In this document: piece by piece, positions 49,955 to 54,516 of the stretch
Numbering within the stretch: the stretch's first letter is position 1
How the letters are laid out: every line of letters starts with the position of its first letter
Source of the DNA: Cercozoa sp. M6MM
Taxonomy: Eukaryota; Protista; Endomyxa: Ascetosporea
Direction: 5' to 3' (one strand)
Length of the DNA stretch: 54,516 nucleotides
Assembly (NCBI GenBank): GCA_040357565.1
Contig: JBDODJ010000076.1
The notes under the pieces: model-generated
Seen by the model: only the letters and a program-made list of their open reading frames with translations
What the model was told of the DNA's origin: nothing
The model's database searches: none
Made by a program: the position numbers and the translations under genes

Positions 49955-51809
49955 ATGTATCGCTTAAACCGACTCACCAACAAGAAGCACACACAAGCTC
50001 GTTGTGGGGTGTGTGGCACAGCAGCGTCCTTCGGCTGCTTGACGTGCGGGGCCACGTTTTATTGCTCGAAGAAGCACCGACAAGCAGATGTGTTGCACTC
50101 TAGGATCTGCTCATTGAGGCACATGATTGAGGTTCTGAAGGCACCGAACGCAGGACTCGAGCAGAGCGAACTCGCTTCTAATTTGCTCGATGTTGACTTA
50201 CTTCGCCGCGCTGCCATGGAAAGTTTCTCTGGAGAGACACACCACATCCGACGAAAAGACTCTGACTCAGCAGGACTCAAACTTTTCCAACTCAACACGA
50301 AGCGCAAGAAGCTCCGAATCGTCCGAGATCTGCGAACCTGCATTATGCAGCTTTCAATCGAGAAGGCACGCGAGTTGGTTTCAGCAGAGACAGACCTCGC
50401 TCAGGAAAACCCAGAGCTGAAGCAACTCGAGGTTTCTTGCACCGCCATGCAAGCTCTGAGGTACGTTGAACTCTAATGCCGTGGCTATTAATGTGCAGAG
50501 ATCCTGTAAATTTACAACTTAAATTCAGGTCGCGAAAAGAGATCCTCGACGCAGAAAGGACAGCGTTCGAGTCATTCAGTCCTCCTGAAGCTGTCAACCT
50601 TCTGTCTTATGAGGAGCAGCTGAGCGAGCGCTCGATTGAGCCGCTTCTTTTGCTGGCACAAAGCGAAGTGCAGGCGGTCGAAGATCTTTACAAGCTGCAC
50701 TTCAAAGAGCAACCTTCATCGAAGGAAGACACAGCTGCCGCCACTGCCGAGACAAAAAAGTATAGCTCCGAGTTTAGCAGAGACATATCGCACGTGGCCA
50801 TTCCAGTAAGCAACTCGACTCTCTCGTGGGTTCGACAGTCTTCTTCGGCCTCATTGTCACCTCGTCTTCCACAGAGTAAAACGAGCGGAACTTTATCATT
50901 TTGGGCAAGGCGAAACAGTTCTTGTGTTGATACCTGGTAGGCTCCCCCGACACGCTGGCGCACCAAACGCGTCGGCACAAACGAAACGCGCTGCAGTACC
51001 TCAGTCGAGTCGAATGGGCACTCGAAAAGACCATTCGTGCCGTTCAGTCGCACGCCGCGTCGTTGACGCCTCAGCGGGCAGCGCTCTTCTGCCGCCGTGC
51101 GAACGAGTACATGCTGAGCCGAGCAGAGGCTGCTCTCTTGGCGGGCCGACTCGCTCTCGTCGACATCTGCGACCGACCGGCCGAGGCGCTGAGTGAGTCG
51201 CAGGTGCAAAGCATGAACTCTCACTTTGCCAGACACGTGTACTACACCGCCGAAGCTTGCGGACTGGAGCACCCTCGAACAGCGTGTGCGCTTTGGGAGC
51301 TTGTTCTCGCCTTCATCCAGCAGCAGAGCTTCGAGAGTGCCGTGCATGTGAGTCGTCGTATCGTCAAGATCCTCACCGACTGGGGTACTGAAGGCAAACT
51401 GAAGGACCTGCCTCACACGCCTGCCTCTTCGACACTGCTCGGAGTTTGCGAGAAGGTGCGCCACACCTTTCGACGTTTCCTGGGCAGCACAACGCACGAC
51501 ACGGCCGAAGCCACCTTCCTGCAGGCGCTTCTTGAGCAACACTTTGGTATGCACGACCTCGCCAGGCGGCACTTTGAGAGGGCGCACCAGTTGTTCCAAG
51601 CGCTTGGCGACAAGGCGATGCTTTGTGTCTTTGAGAAATGGAAGCTTCTCGACCGAGAGGAAGGGTCTCAATCGTCAGCCAGTGTCGATGCGGAGGACAG
51701 GGAAACACTGGGGAATGCAGAAGTCCCTGGTGAAGACGCTGCTGGCAGTTGTGGCGTGAAAAAGGACACGCTCGTTGGCGAACCAAACACAAGACCAGTT
51801 TCTGCGTAA
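49955..51809 (+). CDS. ZMYND12: ZMYND12-like MYND zinc-finger/TPR-like protein (axonemal inner-arm dynein associated)
   Basis: CGVCGTAASFGCLTCGATFYCSKKHRQAD..HSRIC; IEPLLLLAQSEV; SHFARHVYYTAEACGLEHPRTA. Confidence 0.7.
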
Positions 51810-52049
51810 ATATTTAAGTTTAGTGCATTCAGGAACAAATCCTTGGACCGTCGCGTACTACACTGCATGACGTCGTCAACGCAAGATCTAAAACTGGGCG
51901 GGGGACACAGACCAAACGGATTACAGTCCAGTACGGTCAGCCATCGCACGTAGGTCATGCATGATCGGGCGGTCGTATGTTACATTACATTACAATGGAA
52001 GACTCAGCTGACCAACGAATCGTCACGGCACAACCGAATCGGCGTCCAA

Positions 52050-53824
52050 TCAGTCGGCATGCGCAGCGAGACTCGACGCAGAGGTGGTCGAGGCAGCCGC
52101 CTGATCCGGACTGGAGCTCTCGAAGTTAGCACTGCTGGCACGCGCGCGTCTGAGCGTCAGTGTGCCGAACAGGTTGCGTCGCGTGCGTTGTCTCGTGCTG
52201 CTGCGTTCTCGTGTGGTCGGTTGCACCTGCTTTTGCACACACATAGAACTCCAGACCTAGTGAGACCTAGTCAACCTAGTGAGACCTAGTCATTCAAGTG
52301 CAACATGACAGGTAGGACTACCTCGGACTTCTCCGGAGTTGAAGCTCGTCGGTGTGACTGATGCGTCATAGTTTTCGAACGCTGTCGCAACTCGCCGGCA
52401 CTGCTTTTGACTCGAGCGGTTTTGTGCGCAGTCACCACCAGTCGCTCGTCGTGCACTTCCTCAGGTTGGACCTGCAGGGGAGAGGGGTAAGACAGAAGGG
52501 TAAGGCACGAGTGAGGAAGGGAGGGGGTCAGAGCGACAAGATTACAACGCGAAAGCCGTGATCCACAAGGGCAGTGACGATCTGATTGGCCATGACACCG
52601 TACACGAGTCGTTCCTCCTGCGTGAGCGAAGCGAAGGGTCGCAGGTGCGTGTGCCGCCGCTCGGCGTCGTTGCGAGTGCCGTCGTAGTGCCAGTCCTCGC
52701 TGCGCATCAGTTGCGCCCACGCAGCGTGCGCCACCTGACTCAGCTCGTTGCCGTAACTCAGCAGGACACGCGAAATGTGCTCGCGTCTGGTTCCGCGGTT
52801 CTTTGCGCCTGGGAGGGAGTAAGGGGTGTCGAAATAAGGTAAGAGATAAAGCATCCACGCACCACGCGCAGACGTGACAACGACGTCCGACTTCGAGTCG
52901 AGTCGCTCGCACACGAAGCCCAAAGCCAGCACAGAGGCCAGCACACGCTGTGCCACGCCGTTGTACACGCCCTGCAGGAACAGCGGCAGCGACCGAAATC
53001 GCACCATGAAGGGCTCGCGTTTCTCCTCCTGACTGTACGGCTTGCCCTGCTGCCAGCCTGCAGTCAAACCAATACTGAGTCAAACCAATACTGAGTCAAA
53101 CCAATACTGAGTCAAACCAATACTGAGTCAAACCAATACTGAGTCAAACCAATACTGAGTCAAACCAAAACTGAGTCAGGTCACAAAAACAAAGCCGAGA
53201 AAAGTTACCATGCTGCTTCAGCGTGTCACACACGGCAACGTGCAGCTCCATTGCCAGGATCCATCTGAGAACAGCAATGTGACAGCAACAAATAGCACTT
53301 TGACCCCTCCCCCTTTAGTTTTCGTTTTTTCACCATCGGACCAACTTGTTTGGAACAAGAACCTAACGTACACGGGCAATTGCTCGAGCACACTGCGCAA
53401 CGCCGGTAGTTCTGACTGCGGGAAACTTGCGTGCCACTCACGCTGCTCTCTGCAACAACACACATACACACAAGACAGTTCACCGTTTTTTGATTAAAAA
53501 AAACAAGATACAGCTCGTGCTCTTCCAAATCGGCATCCGACAGTAGAGTCAACATTTCCAACTGTTTAACACATCAAATAAGCGAAACAGAGCACAGGAA
53601 AACCAAGGGCGAAAAGCAAAAAAATACAACTGCAGCGAAACGCGCCATTTCGAGTTCACTCGAGAACTCGAGTTTCCACTCTTTGCACTCCTCGGCCGCT
53701 TTGGCTTCCGAATCCACGTGTTTCCTGTGGCACACACACACCAAAATGGGCGGGGCTGGGTTAAATGGCTGCAATTATGACAGTTGTCTGGTCAAAGTTG
53801 TCTGGGTCAAAGTTGTCTGGGTCA

Positions 53825-53875
<51 letters not shown>

Positions 53876-54516
53876 GGGAGGGACTTGGGTACTTGAGGAA
53901 GACGAGCGTAGCGTGCCGCGAGTGTTTGCGTGAGACGCGAAACTGTCGCACGCAGCGTGCCTGCACGACACGCGGCAGCTGGCGCAGTGTCATGCTGGTG
54001 CCGCCCTTGTTTTTATTGGTCTTGTTTTTATTGGTCTTGTCGAGTGTCTCGGTGTCGCCGGCGAGCTGAGTCACCAGAAGCACTCGCTGCGACACGACGC
54101 ACTCGACGTGGTACACCGGCGTTCGGCCCAGTGTGCGGCGGCGTCGTCGTACGCGGAACCACAGGTGGTGCTCGCCCTGTGCAGATCAGGTCGCAGTGAG
54201 GTAGTGAGGTAGTAGAGTGAGGTAGTAGTGAGGTAGTAGTGAGGTAGTAGAGTGGGGTAGTGAGGTAGTAGTGAGGTAGTAGAGTGGGGTAGTAGTGAGG
54301 TAGTCGTGAGGTAGTAGAGTGAGGAAGCAGTGAGGTAGTGTGAGGTAGGAGTGTGAGGTAGTAGTGTGAGGTAGTAGAGCGAGGTAGTAGGCCGCACACA
54401 ACCTTGTTCATGTCGGCCGCCACGTCGTGCATGGCGTGCACGGCGCAGTGCAGCACCGTGAGATCGCCCGCGTCCTGCCGCGGCTCGAACGACAGCGCCG
54501 TCTCGTTGTCGCGCGC
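52050..54516 (-). CDS. RyR-repeat-domain protein, 3' part (5' end beyond window)
   Basis: ELSQVAHAAWAQLMRSEDWHYDGTRNDAERRHTHLRPFASLTQEER plus degenerate copies GWQQGKPYSQEEKREPFMVRFRSLP and KEWKLEF...LTLLSDADLEEHE; terminal exon ends ...AAHAD* at 52050. Confidence 0.75.
53062..53178. repeat. Intronic 16-bp tandem repeat, about 7.3 copies (AGTCAAACCAATACTG)
   Basis: Units at 53062, 53078, 53094, 53110, 53126, 53142, 53158. Confidence 0.95.
53783..53872. repeat. Intronic 15-bp x3 repeat followed by (GT)n
   Basis: Directly visible. Confidence 0.9.
54195..54390. repeat. Intronic (GTGAGGTAGTA)-like minisatellite
   Basis: Directly visible. Confidence 0.9.

Noticed and set aside
53062-53178. CRISPR-like array
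   Set aside because: Units are contiguous with no unique spacers, lie in a eukaryotic intron, and no cas genes are present

Overview
Eukaryotic, gene-dense, intron-rich genomic DNA using the standard code and GT-AG spliceosomal introns, mostly about 50-90 nt. It is most consistent with a unicellular protist that retains axonemal genes (DNAL4/LC10-like, ZMYND12-like); I cannot name the taxon. About 22 multi-exon genes can be assembled by eye. Clear calls: condensin SMC2, two kinesins (one kinesin-7/CENP-E-like), an LC8-family dynein light chain, PEN-2, an MscS-like channel, a WDR5-like WD40 protein, a class IV PLP aminotransferase-like protein, a Mn-CDF/MTP transporter, uridine phosphorylase, an ATG27/M6PR-like receptor, a BRI3-like protein, an ankyrin/coiled-coil protein and a partial RyR-repeat protein. 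Most notable: (i) a PTEN-like pseudophosphatase-C2-RING-H2 fusion; (ii) an intron-containing, giant-virus-type YqaJ exonuclease; (iii) a surface protein with a bacterial PEP-CTERM-associated-like domain; (iv) an atypical GTAC-dominated 5' splice site without +5G; (v) a patchwork of GC3-rich genes with microsatellite-filled introns alternating with compact genes. No rRNA, tRNA, CRISPR array or intact transposon was seen. All exon boundaries are hand-built and unverified by RNA data; homology calls come from recalled family motifs, not searches.
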